From assembly GCA_016870135.1 (NCBI GenBank), contig VGCF01000001.1, positions 9,033 through 73,032 on the forward strand: 64,000 nucleotides of DNA, read 5' to 3'. Below are positions 44,988 through 55,765 of this stretch, piece after piece. Position 1 is the stretch's first letter. Every line of letters starts with the position of its first letter. The DNA is from Alphaproteobacteria bacterium. GTDB taxonomy: Bacteria; Pseudomonadota; Alphaproteobacteria; Holosporales; Holosporaceae. The notes beneath the pieces were generated by a model. The model worked only from the letters and a program-made list of their open reading frames with translations, was not told the DNA's origin and did no database searches. The translations under genes were made by a program, and so were the position numbers.

Positions 44988-45512
44988 TCATCCCATCCAA
45001 TGAACAGCGCGTAGTACATAGGGCAACCAAGGGGTATAGCATTCAGGATTCTGACCAAGACTCCCTATGAGTTCGTCAATAGGCATCCATTTCCAGTGGT
45101 CTAATTCTTCTAGATTGGGGGTAAGGACGCATGTCAACGGCACTTTGGCCATGAACACCTGGTTGTACTCGTGTTCGATCAATCCATTGATCAGATTCAA
45201 ATGATACATGGTCATAGCCACAGGCGTCAGATGATTATGGTGAATACCCAGCTCTTCAAAAAGACGACGTTTTGCGGCATCAGGTATGCTTTCCTGGGGC
45301 ATAGGGTGCCCACAACAGGCATTGCTCCACAATCCACCACTGTGGTATTTGTGGCCAGCACGTTTTTGCAAAATGGTTTTTTTGGGATTTTTGATGCAAT
45401 CCACCAACAAGATGGAAAAAGCCAGGTGCAATAATCCTTTGGCGTGTACATCCATTTTTTCACCACTGCCAGTGGGAACACCTGTTTCATTCACAAGAGT
45501 AATATTATTCAT
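44988..45512 (-). CDS. idi: isopentenyl-diphosphate delta-isomerase, type 1 (Nudix fold)
   Basis: 174 aa. LHLAFSILLVD ... LQKRAGHKYHSGGLWSNACCGHP ... AAKRRLFEELGI ... EHEYNQVF matches the type 1 IDI pattern. Confidence 0.85.
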   Translation of the reverse strand: MNNITLVNETGVPTGSGEKMDVHAKGLLHLAFSILLVDCIKNPKKTILQKRAGHKYHSGGLWSNACCGHPMPQESIPDAAKRRLFEELGIHHNHLTPVAMTMYHLNLINGLIEHEYNQVFMAKVPLTCVLTPNLEELDHWKWMPIDELIGSLGQNPECYTPWLPYVLRAVHWMG

Positions 45513-46174
45513 CCATTCTATTCCAGTATTGCCTTATCATGCATAGAATATCTGTCCTTGTATAGAATATCCATAAGGGGATCACCCCAGAATAATGTTG
45601 AACCAGGCCTGCCACCATAAGCGTCTGTTGAAACGTTGGATATATTCGTCTGTTGAAACGTTGGCTATATTCATATACAGCTTTAAAAGGGTTGATCCTA
45701 TAGTGTTGTGATTCCATGGGCGTTGTGTAAAAACTCTGATTCTGAAACGCTATTTCATTCAAAGTATAATTTACATTAAGTGTTGTATATTAGGCGTGTG
45801 CATTCATGTTTAACATCATCAGCGACGATGACTGTACAATCCAGCTTTGGACGTTTTCCTGGAATATGATTCAAACTGGCCATTTGGATGAAGTTGATCA
45901 AAAACTTCAGCCTTAATTTGAGTATACTGTTGGTTTGTTTTACATTTCAAATAAAGGGACCAATTTTGTTGTATTAGCATTAACTTGAATCTGACGAGGA
46001 CGGATGGGCAAAACAATGGGTAAAAGACCAAAGGACATCCTCTATTAACAGAGGCTGTACAGCGTACCTTTACCCCCTGTGGCATGGTCAGGGCGTACGT
46101 GACGCCCCACAATGAATACAAAGCACCGTGTCATGATGTTGTGCCATTTGATCCTGTTCCTTATCCTTTTTGGA

Positions 46175-47662
46175 TTAGGGGCGCAGTTTTTCCAAAGATT
46201 CAGCCAACAGTGCTTGTATCGCTTGAGGATTGGCTTTGCCCTTGGATTCCTTCATGACTTGGCCAACAAAAAAGGCAAATAATTTATCTTTTCCTGATAA
46301 ATAGGCCGCCACGTTATCGTTTTCTCGGTTTAAAACCGTACAAATCCACTGCTGAACATCCTCTTGATTCGATACTTGGACCAATCCGCGTTGTTCCATA
46401 ATTTTTTCCGGATGTTCACCTGTTTCAAACATGATGCCAAACACTTCTTTGGCCAACAGGTTGGATAATTTCTTGTTTGCCACAGCTTGGATCAAGGCAG
46501 CCATGTTTTCAGGGTGAATGTGAGCATCAGAAAATGATGTATTGGTGCGGTTTAATGCGGCAAATAATTCACCTAAAATCCAGTTGGCCGTTAATTTTGC
46601 CCATGCAGGTTCGGATAAAAACGACACCACTTGCTCGAAAAAGTATGAAACGTCCATGTCTTCTACTAACAAGTCTGCATCATATTCCGACAATCCATAG
46701 ACCTGAACAAATCGTGCATGTTTTGCCCATGGTGTTTCAGGCAACGTCGATGCGATTGTTTGAACATGATCCGAGTCAATGACTAAGGGCGTTAAGTCTG
46801 GATCTGGAAAATAGAAATAATCATCCGCCACTTCTTTGGTGCGCATGGGGCGTGTTTTTCCTGATGCGGGATCATAGGTGCGTGTTTCCTGTATCACTCG
46901 TCCCCCATGTTCAATTTCCCCAATCTGACGATTGATTTCATAGTTCAGAGCGCTGTGCAGAAACCTGAGGGAATTCATGTTTTTTAATTCTACGCGCGTA
47001 CCCAAATCTTCGCCTGGTCGGCGTACAGACACGTTGGCATCCACGCGCAATTGTCCCTTTTCCATATCGCCATGACAAACGCCCAGGTAGCGCATCAAGC
47101 AGCGCAATCGTTTGATATAATCAATGACTTCCTCTGGGCTGGATAGGTCAGGATGAGAAACGATTTCCATTAATCCCACCCCTGCCCTGTTAAAATCCAC
47201 ATAGGATGTCAAGGGGTCTTGGTCATGCATGCTTTTTCCCGCATCTTGTTCGATATGAATGCGTTGAATGCGAATGGTTTTCCAGGCTTTTTCACCACTC
47301 AAAATCTGTAATGTACCGTCTTGAACAATAGGTTTTTGATATTGTGAAATCTGATACCCTGCAGGATTGTCAGGGTAAAAGTAATGTTTGCGATCGAGCA
47401 CAGACACCAACGATATGGTACCACTGATGGCCAGCCCCAGCCGTATGGCTTGGTCCACACATTCTTGATTCAGCGTGGGCAACATTCCAGGCATAGCAAC
47501 GTCTAAAAAGGACACACAGGTGTTGGGATCTTGTCCAAACGCTTGGCTGCTGGATCCAGAAAACAGTTTGGACTGTGAAACGATTTGAGCATGGACCTCT
47601 AATCCGATAACGGTTTCAAAGGCTGCAGATCCGGCTGACGACATAGGGGAAACAGATGACAT
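46175..47662 (-). CDS. gatB: Asp-tRNA(Asn)/Glu-tRNA(Gln) amidotransferase subunit B
   Basis: FETVIGLEVHAQI, NRAGVGLMEIVSHPD, LRVDANVSVR and a C-terminal YqeY-like tail. Start taken at MSSVSP (47662), just after the gatA stop. Confidence 0.93.
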   Translation of the reverse strand: MSSVSPMSSAGSAAFETVIGLEVHAQIVSQSKLFSGSSSQAFGQDPNTCVSFLDVAMPGMLPTLNQECVDQAIRLGLAISGTISLVSVLDRKHYFYPDNPAGYQISQYQKPIVQDGTLQILSGEKAWKTIRIQRIHIEQDAGKSMHDQDPLTSYVDFNRAGVGLMEIVSHPDLSSPEEVIDYIKRLRCLMRYLGVCHGDMEKGQLRVDANVSVRRPGEDLGTRVELKNMNSLRFLHSALNYEINRQIGEIEHGGRVIQETRTYDPASGKTRPMRTKEVADDYFYFPDPDLTPLVIDSDHVQTIASTLPETPWAKHARFVQVYGLSEYDADLLVEDMDVSYFFEQVVSFLSEPAWAKLTANWILGELFAALNRTNTSFSDAHIHPENMAALIQAVANKKLSNLLAKEVFGIMFETGEHPEKIMEQRGLVQVSNQEDVQQWICTVLNRENDNVAAYLSGKDKLFAFFVGQVMKESKGKANPQAIQALLAESLEKLRP

Positions 47663-47675
47663 AGCATTATTCCGG

Positions 47676-49130
47676 TTAAAAGGGTAAATCAGGCATGGAT
47701 GTGTTGGATTCAATGATGTGACCAAATTGGAACAAGCGATCTTCGGCCAACGATGGTGCAATCAGCTGTAACCCCAAGGGCAACCCTGTGTTCGACAAGC
47801 CAGCAGGTACGGAAATGGCGCACACATTGCCCACATTAACAGGAACAGTCAAAACGTCATTCCAATACATGGCCACGGGGTCTGATACCGATGCCTTCAA
47901 GGCAAATGCTGGTGTGGGGGTTGTGGGGGGCAACAACACATCTACCTGTTGAAAGACCTGACGAAAATCGTGTTGGATCATATGGCGCACCTTTTGTGCT
48001 TTGTTGTAATAAGCATCGTAATACCCATGAGAAAGCACATATGTACCCAAGAGAATGCGTCTTTTCACCTCTGGCCCGAACCCTTGACCTCTGGTTTGAC
48101 AATACATGTCCTCTAGATTTTCAATGTTTTTTGCACGAAAACCGTATTTGACACCGTCGTAACGCTGCAGATTGGATGCGGCCTCTGCACAGGCCAAAAT
48201 GTAATAACATGGCAAGGCGTAACTGCTGTACGGCAAGGACACATGCACAATTTCACAGCCATTTTTTTCAAATAATTCCTGACCTTTTTTCCACAAATCT
48301 AGTATTTCGGGATCCATTTGTGCATTCTCGAACCATTCTTTGGGAATACCTATTTTTTTGCCCACCAACGATTGTCCAATCCTTCGAGTAAAATCTGGAA
48401 CAGGATGATTTAAAGACGTTGCATCCTTTTTATCGTATCCCGCCATAACATTCAGTAACAGGGCTGCATCCTTGACCGATCGAGCAAAAGGTCCAGGGGT
48501 ATCCAAAGACGAGGCAAATGCCACAACCCCCCAACGGGAACACCGTCCATAACTGGGCTTTACACCCACCACACCGCAAAATGCTGCGGGTTGACGCACA
48601 GACCCCCCCGTATCGGTTCCCAGCGCCAATAATGCCGATCCATTGGCAATGGCTGCAGCTGAACCGCCTGAAGACCCACCAGCTGTACAGCTCACATCCC
48701 ATGGATTAAGGGTGGGGCCTGTATGAACAGGTGTGGTGGTTGATCCCATGCAAAATTCATCCAGATTGGTTTTGCCTAATAAAACCGCCCCAGCCTGTGC
48801 TAGGTTTTGAGTCACGTGGGATTCATAGGGGGGGATAAAATTATGCAACATTTTGGATGCCGCGGTGGTCAGAATGTTTTGAGTACAATAGGCATCTTTT
48901 ACCGCAATGGGGATGCCTTCTAGGGGGCCTGCTGTACCGTTGGACCAGCGCGCATCGCTGCGTTTGGCGTCTTGCAGTGCCCGTTCTGTTGTTACGGTAA
49001 TATAGGCATTATGACCACGGGTGCGCTGGATTTGATCCAGATAACTTTGCGTTAATTCTGTGGCGGAAAATGCTTTGCTCTGTAAACCAATCAAGACTTG
49101 GTCCAAAGATAATTTCAGTAAGGGGCTCAT
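47676..49130 (-). CDS. gatA: Asp-tRNA(Asn)/Glu-tRNA(Gln) amidotransferase subunit A
   Basis: Amidase signature (GGSSGGSAAAIA ... GTDTGGSVRQPAAFCG). The start at 49130 overlaps the gatC stop (ATGA). Confidence 0.93.
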   Translation of the reverse strand: MSPLLKLSLDQVLIGLQSKAFSATELTQSYLDQIQRTRGHNAYITVTTERALQDAKRSDARWSNGTAGPLEGIPIAVKDAYCTQNILTTAASKMLHNFIPPYESHVTQNLAQAGAVLLGKTNLDEFCMGSTTTPVHTGPTLNPWDVSCTAGGSSGGSAAAIANGSALLALGTDTGGSVRQPAAFCGVVGVKPSYGRCSRWGVVAFASSLDTPGPFARSVKDAALLLNVMAGYDKKDATSLNHPVPDFTRRIGQSLVGKKIGIPKEWFENAQMDPEILDLWKKGQELFEKNGCEIVHVSLPYSSYALPCYYILACAEAASNLQRYDGVKYGFRAKNIENLEDMYCQTRGQGFGPEVKRRILLGTYVLSHGYYDAYYNKAQKVRHMIQHDFRQVFQQVDVLLPPTTPTPAFALKASVSDPVAMYWNDVLTVPVNVGNVCAISVPAGLSNTGLPLGLQLIAPSLAEDRLFQFGHIIESNTSMPDLPF

Positions 49131-49414
49131 GATTTTAAAACCTTTGGAACAGTGAAAAAGGAATCTTTTGGACAAGGGGCGTTCCCCAACACCAATGACA
49201 CCTGGTCACCTTCTGTTACGCTATCCTGGCGCAGCGCCATGGCTGGTTGCTGTGATTCTGGCATGCCACGTACACAAACGCCTTCTAATTGTCCAACCCA
49301 AGACAGAACTTTCGCCAAATCCTGGCCCAAGGATATGGATTCTTCTGGGGTTAAGTGCAACCGAGCCAAACGTTGCATGGTGATGATTGGATTGATGGCA
49401 GGTGTTTCAGACAT
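49127..49414 (-). CDS. gatC: Asp-tRNA(Asn)/Glu-tRNA(Gln) amidotransferase subunit C
   Basis: About 95 aa. LARLHLTPEE ... VLSWVGQLEGV ... LRQDSV ... NAP ... FFTVPKV matches the GatC pattern. First gene of gatCAB. Confidence 0.9.
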   Translation of the reverse strand: MSETPAINPIITMQRLARLHLTPEESISLGQDLAKVLSWVGQLEGVCVRGMPESQQPAMALRQDSVTEGDQVSLVLGNAPCPKDSFFTVPKVLKS

Positions 49415-49520
49415 AAAATACCCCATTTTTACAAAGAGACTTGTTGCAAAGTATAGGATTATCCCACCGTTTTGAAAAGCCCTGCTGTATCAAGCAAGGT
49501 AAAAAAATCCGTTTTGTTGT

Positions 49521-50474
49521 ATGGAGGAATCGGCTACACTGGATAGAGAAAACGTTGAATCCGCAGCCCCGATGATGCCCCTCAACAGTGCCACGATTTC
49601 CGGACGAATAGAGCACAATGTTCCCTTGTCTAAGATGACATGGTTGCGCGTGGGCGGCGAGGCATCGTGTATGTTTCATCCCAAAGATGCTGAAGATTTA
49701 TCGGCATTTTTACAGAAATTTCCCCAAGAAAATCCTTTGATTTTGGGTGCAGGATCCAATATTTTGGTCCGCGATGGTGGTGTAGCGGGATGGGTGATTA
49801 AAATAGGCAAAGGATTTCGGACTTTTCAGGCCAGCGAGCACCATGTGGATGTGGGGGCGGGTCTGTTGGATCGTTATGTGGCCGATCAGTGCCAAAAACT
49901 GGGGTTGTCTGGTCTGGAATTTATGACCACGATTCCCGGCACCATTGGTGGGGGTTTGTCCATGAATGCCAGTTGCTATGGAACGGATTTTGCTGATCGC
50001 TTGGTGCATGCAAACGTTATGGATCCTTTTGGAAAAATCCACATCCTTTTACCCCAAGAATTAAATTACGGATATCGATCTTGCGGGTTGCCATTGGGTT
50101 GGATTTTTCTGGGCGCACGATTGATGTGCACCCCCAGTAATCCCGAAGATATTGCTTTGACCATGGCGGATATGCATCTGCAAAGAGAAAAAACCCAACC
50201 AACCATGGTCAAAACAGGGGGCAGCACCTTTGCAAACCCCCAACAAGGCCCAGCATGGAAATATATTGACCAGGCAGGGTTTCGTGGAAAAAAATTGGGA
50301 CAAGCCATGTTTTCAGAAAAACATTGCAACTTTTTGATCAATCAAGGACATGCCACAGCACACGACCTGGAAACGCTGGCGGAACAAGCCAAGCAAGCGG
50401 TGTTTGATCAAAGTGGTATCGCATTACAATGGGAAATTGTACGCTGGGGCGAAATCATCGCAACAGGACGATGA
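49521..50474 (+). CDS. murB: UDP-N-acetylenolpyruvoylglucosamine reductase
   Basis: 317 aa. FAD-binding domain (WLRVGGEASCMFHP ... ILGAGSNILV ... PGTIGGGLSMNASCYG) and C-terminal GSTFANP / FSEKHCNFLIN motifs. Confidence 0.92.
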   Translation: MEESATLDRENVESAAPMMPLNSATISGRIEHNVPLSKMTWLRVGGEASCMFHPKDAEDLSAFLQKFPQENPLILGAGSNILVRDGGVAGWVIKIGKGFRTFQASEHHVDVGAGLLDRYVADQCQKLGLSGLEFMTTIPGTIGGGLSMNASCYGTDFADRLVHANVMDPFGKIHILLPQELNYGYRSCGLPLGWIFLGARLMCTPSNPEDIALTMADMHLQREKTQPTMVKTGGSTFANPQQGPAWKYIDQAGFRGKKLGQAMFSEKHCNFLINQGHATAHDLETLAEQAKQAVFDQSGIALQWEIVRWGEIIATGR

Positions 50475-50736
50475 ATGGTTGGGACAATGGTATAATGGCC
50501 CCATACGGTTTAATTTCGTACGGGTTGATTGATGGCGGTGATTTATTTTTTTCACCAGACCCATGGCGTTGTGGGCAAATGGCGCAGGAAAAAACAAATT
50601 CAGGTTTATTCACAGATTTTTACCACGCCACTGTGCTGACGATGCACGTTTTCTCTCGATGCAACAGGTCGGCCCAGTTTGTTTCTGCCATCAGGATGTT
50701 TTCTTCTTCTGGCCAATCCCATTGCTTTGATTTTGA

Positions 50737-50898
50737 TTATTTCATTTTGGCTTCTTTAAACATCACATGACGGCGAAGTTTTTTATCGTACTTACGCAAC
50801 ATTAAATTTGTTTTTCCCTTTGTCCGTGCGACATAAAATGTGCCAGAACCCTCTGTGCTGACCAAACGAATTAAGGTTTTTTTTGTGCTTTTTGCCAT
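50737..50898 (-). CDS. rpmG: 50S ribosomal protein L33
   Basis: A 53-aa ORF not in the track: MAKSTKKTLIRLVSTEGSGTFYVARTKGKTNLMLRKYDKKLRRHVMFKEAKMK. This matches the L33 pattern (..L.ST...G.FY...K......L.KYDP...KHV.FKE.K). Confidence 0.88.
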   Translation of the reverse strand: MAKSTKKTLIRLVSTEGSGTFYVARTKGKTNLMLRKYDKKLRRHVMFKEAKMK

Positions 50899-51069
50899 AA
50901 TTGCTTTACAGTGTTATACCAGATTTGTGACCCATAATACCTGAAAAGAACCAGCAATACCACCCCCATTGCTGGGGCAACAAGGACAATAACGGGGATT
51001 TGCTGGCAGGGAAAGAAGTTTTGAGCCTGGCACCAGGATCGTGTTAAACTGGCACTGTTCTGTCATGTT

Positions 51070-54000
51070 TTGCTCACGATGACCTGCTCCTATTATGCTT
51101 TGCGTAATCACACCCCGTATTCCTTGTTAGAAGGGGCCATCCCCACCAAAACATTGATTGAACGCGCATCAGAGCACAACATGATGGCGCTGGGCATTGC
51201 GGACACGGGTCATTTATTTGGTGCCTTGGAATTTTCACTGGCATGTCAGAAAAAGGGCATTCACCCCATCATCGGAACACAATTATCATGGATTCACCCA
51301 TCCAGCCTTACCCCTTATCCTCTGGTTGTTTTTGCACAAAATCACCAGGGTTATCAAAATTTGTGCCGTCTGGTCAGCGCATCCACTGTGGGTCAAAAGA
51401 CCGCATGGCGTGGATCGGTGACGTGGGATCAATTAAAACAGTTTGGGGACAATATCTTGGTGTTGACAGGGGGAATACGTGGTGCCATTACCCAGCATCT
51501 GGAACGTGATTGTGTAGATACGGCCAAAACCATTCTGCACGATCTGGCCCAACAGTTTGATCAGCGCTTGTATATCGAATTACAGCGAGAGGAAGCCCTG
51601 CCCGAAGAGGGGTGCATTGATCCTGAACTGTCGGATAAACGCCTGGATGGGGAACAGCAACTGATACAATGGGCGTTTGATTTTGGATTGCCCTTGATTG
51701 CCACCAATCAGGCCATGTTTTTAAATCCAGACGACCACGAAGCCCATGACGCGCTGCGCTGTGTGGCATTGGGGCGATATATTTACGAAGAAGACAGGCC
51801 GCGAGTCAGTCCCTATTGCTTTTTTCGTAGTCCTGATGAAATGGTGCTACTCTTTGCCGATGTGCCAGAAGCCATAACGAATACCCATCATCTGTGCAAC
51901 GGCTGTTCTTTTTTACTGCGTGCCCAGCCCCCTGCTCTGCCTTCTTTTCCTTGTGGACAACCAGAGCCCAAAGAATTATCTCATCAAGCCCAAGGGGGGC
52001 TGAATCAACGGCTGCAAAACGAGGTCTATCCCCTGCACCCAGTATCTGACCATGATGCCGTGCGTCGTGTATACCAAAACCGTCTGGATTACGAATGCGA
52101 CATGATTGTACGCATGGGATTTTCAGGGTACTTTTTAATCGTTTCAGACTTTATTCAATGGGCAAAAAACAACGGTATTCCAGTGGGGCCAGGTCGTGGA
52201 TCTGGGGCCAGTTCTTTGGTGGCGTGGTCATTATTCATTACAGACGTTGACCCCATTCGATTCGAATTGTTTTTCGAACGATTTTTGAATCCTGATCGCG
52301 TCAGCATGCCGGACTTTGATGTGGATTTTTGTCAAGAACGCAGGGACGAAGTCATCGCCTATGTCCGCGATAAATATGGTGCGGCCCACGTGGCCCATAT
52401 CATTACGTTTGGGACCTTACAATCCCGTGCCGTATTGCGCGATGTGGGTCGTGTGTTGCAAATGCCCTATGGCCAAGTGGATAAAATTTGTAAATTAATT
52501 CCCCATAATCCTGCGGCCCCCGTCAGTTTAAAAGAGGCCATAAAGTTGGAACCTCAACTAGAAACCATGGCAGCAGAGGACGACCAGGTTAAAAAATTAC
52601 TGGATATCGGATTAAAGCTAGAGGGTCTGTATCGTCACGCGTCTACCCATGCAGCCGGTGTGATCATCAGCAAAGAGCCATTAACCGATGTGGTGCCGTT
52701 GTATCAAGACGAGGGCTCTGCCCTGCCCGCCACAGAATTTTCCATGAAATATGTGGAAAGCGCAGGATTGGTTAAATTCGATTTTTTAGGTCTAAAAACC
52801 CTGACTGTGTTGCAAACAACCGTTCAATTGTTACGACAACGTCAGGTTGAAGTGGTGCTGACGGCCATTGCCTTGGATGACTCGGCGACCTTTCAATTGT
52901 TGGCTAGAGCAGAAACTGTGGGACTGTTCCAGTTGGAAAGTGCGGGCATGAGCGATGTATTGCGCCAATTGCAACCGGAACATTTTAACGAAATCATTGC
53001 TCTGGTTGCCTTGTATCGTCCTGGCCCCATGGATGACATCCCCCGTTACTTGGCCTGTCGCCACGGCAAAGAGATTGTATCTTATCCTTATGCGTGTCTG
53101 GAAGACATTTTAAAAGAAACCTTTGGGGTTATGGTTTATCAAGAGCAAGTATTGCAAATTGCCCGTACATTGGCGGGTTACAGTCTTGGTGGTGCCGATT
53201 TATTGCGTCGTGCCATGGGTAAAAAAATCAAATCGGAAATGGATGCGCAACGAAAAACGTTTGTCGATGGGGTGGTTAAAACCTATGGAGGAGATCGCAC
53301 GCGTGCCACCACACTGTTTGACCATATTGCCAAATTTGCCAGCTATGCCTTTCCAAAGGCGCACGCCACACCGTATGCGTTAATTTCCTATCAAACGGCC
53401 TATTTAAAGGCCAACTATCCCGTAGAATTTATGACGGCGTTGATGATTCACGATGCCCACAATGTGGATAAATTGCGTTTGTTTGTGCGGGAATCACGGC
53501 GTATGGGTATAGAGATCCTGCCCCCAGATATTAATGCATCCGACGCGTTGTTTTCCATCGAACAAGGCGAGTGTATTCGTTACGGCCTGGCGGCGTTAAA
53601 AGGTGTGGGTACGGCCGTGATGGAGAAATTAGTGGAAAATCGCATACAAAATGGACCTTTTCAATCGGTTTCCGATTGTATACAGCGCATTGGACCTTTG
53701 GGATTGAATAAAAAGAATCTAGAAAGCTTGATTGCGGCAGGAGCATTTGATGGGGTTCATCCCGGGCAAAGGGCCGCATTGTGGGCCAGTACAGAGCTCT
53801 TGTTGCGTGGGAGCGGGCCATCAGAAACGGGCAGTCTGTTGTTTCCCATGGAAAACAAATGTGTATTCAAAGAGGCCATGCCCTGGTCCATGTACGAAGC
53901 GTTGGATTACGAGCGCCAAGCCATCGGTTTTTACCTGACGGCGCACCCGCTGGAAGGATATCCTGCAGAAAAGTTTGTTTTATCCGAATGCATCACCCAA

Positions 54001-54489
54001 GAAATGGTCACTGAACAAAAAACCTTTCCCATGATGGGCATGGTTTTGGAAATGACGGAAAAAATCAGTAAAACGGGTAAAAAGTATGCCTTTTTGCAGT
54101 TGTCAGACCCCACGGGCGGTTACGAGGTGACCCTGTTTTCCGAACTATTGGCCCAACACAGGGGCATGTTGGTTCCTGGCGCTGCTGTAGCTTTAAAGGT
54201 TTCGGGGCGGGTGGCGGCGGAAAACATCCGCTTGTCGGCCACAGAGGTATACCCCATTGATGTCTATACGCGGGAAAATTCTGTGGTGTTGAATCTGCCA
54301 GAGGACCAAGTATCCTTTGTGTGTGGATTGTTAAGCCAAGCACCGTCTGGAACCACCCGTATAACGGTATGTGTCACCATTCTCTCTCCGGGGGAAAACC
54401 TTCTTGTGCGCATATTATTGCCTAACACCTATCGTTTAACGCCATCGCTGCGCTCGCATTTACAGACATTTTTGGCCCCCTTGTTGTAA
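51070..54489 (+). CDS. dnaE: DNA polymerase III subunit alpha
   Basis: 1139 aa. PHP domain (LRNHTPYSLLEGA), polymerase core (PDFDVDFC, GRGSGASSLVAW, HAAGVII), HhH and OB-fold C-terminus. Confidence 0.96.
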   Translation: MLTMTCSYYALRNHTPYSLLEGAIPTKTLIERASEHNMMALGIADTGHLFGALEFSLACQKKGIHPIIGTQLSWIHPSSLTPYPLVVFAQNHQGYQNLCRLVSASTVGQKTAWRGSVTWDQLKQFGDNILVLTGGIRGAITQHLERDCVDTAKTILHDLAQQFDQRLYIELQREEALPEEGCIDPELSDKRLDGEQQLIQWAFDFGLPLIATNQAMFLNPDDHEAHDALRCVALGRYIYEEDRPRVSPYCFFRSPDEMVLLFADVPEAITNTHHLCNGCSFLLRAQPPALPSFPCGQPEPKELSHQAQGGLNQRLQNEVYPLHPVSDHDAVRRVYQNRLDYECDMIVRMGFSGYFLIVSDFIQWAKNNGIPVGPGRGSGASSLVAWSLFITDVDPIRFELFFERFLNPDRVSMPDFDVDFCQERRDEVIAYVRDKYGAAHVAHIITFGTLQSRAVLRDVGRVLQMPYGQVDKICKLIPHNPAAPVSLKEAIKLEPQLETMAAEDDQVKKLLDIGLKLEGLYRHASTHAAGVIISKEPLTDVVPLYQDEGSALPATEFSMKYVESAGLVKFDFLGLKTLTVLQTTVQLLRQRQVEVVLTAIALDDSATFQLLARAETVGLFQLESAGMSDVLRQLQPEHFNEIIALVALYRPGPMDDIPRYLACRHGKEIVSYPYACLEDILKETFGVMVYQEQVLQIARTLAGYSLGGADLLRRAMGKKIKSEMDAQRKTFVDGVVKTYGGDRTRATTLFDHIAKFASYAFPKAHATPYALISYQTAYLKANYPVEFMTALMIHDAHNVDKLRLFVRESRRMGIEILPPDINASDALFSIEQGECIRYGLAALKGVGTAVMEKLVENRIQNGPFQSVSDCIQRIGPLGLNKKNLESLIAAGAFDGVHPGQRAALWASTELLLRGSGPSETGSLLFPMENKCVFKEAMPWSMYEALDYERQAIGFYLTAHPLEGYPAEKFVLSECITQEMVTEQKTFPMMGMVLEMTEKISKTGKKYAFLQLSDPTGGYEVTLFSELLAQHRGMLVPGAAVALKVSGRVAAENIRLSATEVYPIDVYTRENSVVLNLPEDQVSFVCGLLSQAPSGTTRITVCVTILSPGENLLVRILLPNTYRLTPSLRSHLQTFLAPLL

Positions 54490-54894
54490 ACCTTGCTGTA
54501 AAGTCTATCCATGGTGTTCGGCCATGTTTTTCACCCTTGGCCCAGTCAATGGTGTAGGACTGTCTTTTGTCCCAACTCTCTTTTTCCCACCTCTTTTCCT
54601 CTCATCTCTATTGGATGTCTGTCTCTATGTTCTCTGATCTTTGTCTATACTTGGTCACACCATTGTCACAACTCTACCCACAACAAGGGCTTAGGGTCTA
54701 TTCACATGTGTACATATGTATCTAGGGGGGGTGATTGTTGTCAGAACCGTTCTAATCCCGATCACACCATCACCCACCTTGTTCAAAAAGACATGGGAGA
54801 TATGGATAGTTTTATTCAAAAAGACGGATGTTTTCTAGACCCATGATTCTGCTGTTTTCACATCCATGTTCGATCTCTGCTGCGATGGCGGGCA

Positions 54895-55587
54895 TTAACC
54901 AGCCAAGGCCGTCTGTATCCGTGGGGATGCTTTTTCCGGATATAATGCAGGCGACAATTTATTCAGAACGTATTCTTGAATAGTGTTTTCTACACTTTTC
55001 AGGTGGTTGGCAAAGGCATGATCGGCACCAGGAATCAGATGAAGAGCAATTTTGTGGCCTCTTTTTTGCATGGATAATTGGTGGGTCAATCGAATGACGG
55101 ACTCTTTGGGTGTGATCTCGTCCATATCCCCATGAATCACCAATCCAGGAGCAGGACATGGTGCCAAAAAGTTAAAGTCATACATATTGGCCAGCGGACT
55201 GATGGCCACAAAACTGTGGCATTCAGGACGACGCATCAACAATTGCAGGGCAATATAGGCCCCAAAAGAAAATCCGGCTACCCAACATTGGGCAGGATTG
55301 GGGTTTTTGTTTTGCATCCAATCCAAACAGGCGGCCGCATCGGATACTTCGCCTTCCCCATTGGTAAAGGTTCCCTGGGATTTTCCTGAACCGCGATAAT
55401 TAAAGCGTAAAATATTGAAATCCAAGCGGGCAAAAACGCGAAACAGGGCCTGCATGACAGCATGCTCCATGGTGCCTTCTTGTTCAGGATGGGGAGCCAT
55501 CAAGATAACCATAGGTGCTTTGGGGTCCATGGGTGAACAGTGGTAAGACGCTTCTAGGGAACCTTCTGGTCCAGAGATCATAAGCAC
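54895..55587 (-). CDS. alpha/beta hydrolase fold protein
   Basis: 230 aa. Nucleophile elbow GFSFGA, NYRGSGKSQG, and C-terminal HGDMDE and GADH motifs. Confidence 0.75.
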   Translation of the reverse strand: MLMISGPEGSLEASYHCSPMDPKAPMVILMAPHPEQEGTMEHAVMQALFRVFARLDFNILRFNYRGSGKSQGTFTNGEGEVSDAAACLDWMQNKNPNPAQCWVAGFSFGAYIALQLLMRRPECHSFVAISPLANMYDFNFLAPCPAPGLVIHGDMDEITPKESVIRLTHQLSMQKRGHKIALHLIPGADHAFANHLKSVENTIQEYVLNKLSPALYPEKASPRIQTALAG

Positions 55588-55765
55588 AGTATGAACAGCC
55601 TTTTTATATTTTAAAATGATATTTTAATATGATTCAAAATTTGCGATTTGTCAATAAAAATAAAATATCTATAAAGGAAAATTTGTTTTGGCTGCGCAGT
55701 CAATCTCTTGATTTGTACGGTTGGCCGCGCTCTGTCTGGGTAAAACGCTGGGTAAACCATCCGGA

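Noticed and set aside
52470-52480. DnaA-box-like 9-mers (for example AGTGGATAA in dnaE and ATATCCACA at ~22485) as a replication origin
   Set aside because: They are isolated single near-matches inside coding regions. There is no cluster and no adjacent AT-rich unwinding element with dnaA or hemE context.
54511-54846. The 111-aa ORF between dnaE and the hydrolase gene
   Set aside because: It is Cys/His/Ser/Phe-rich with improbable composition, no SD and no family resemblance. The spacer between these convergent genes is more likely non-coding.
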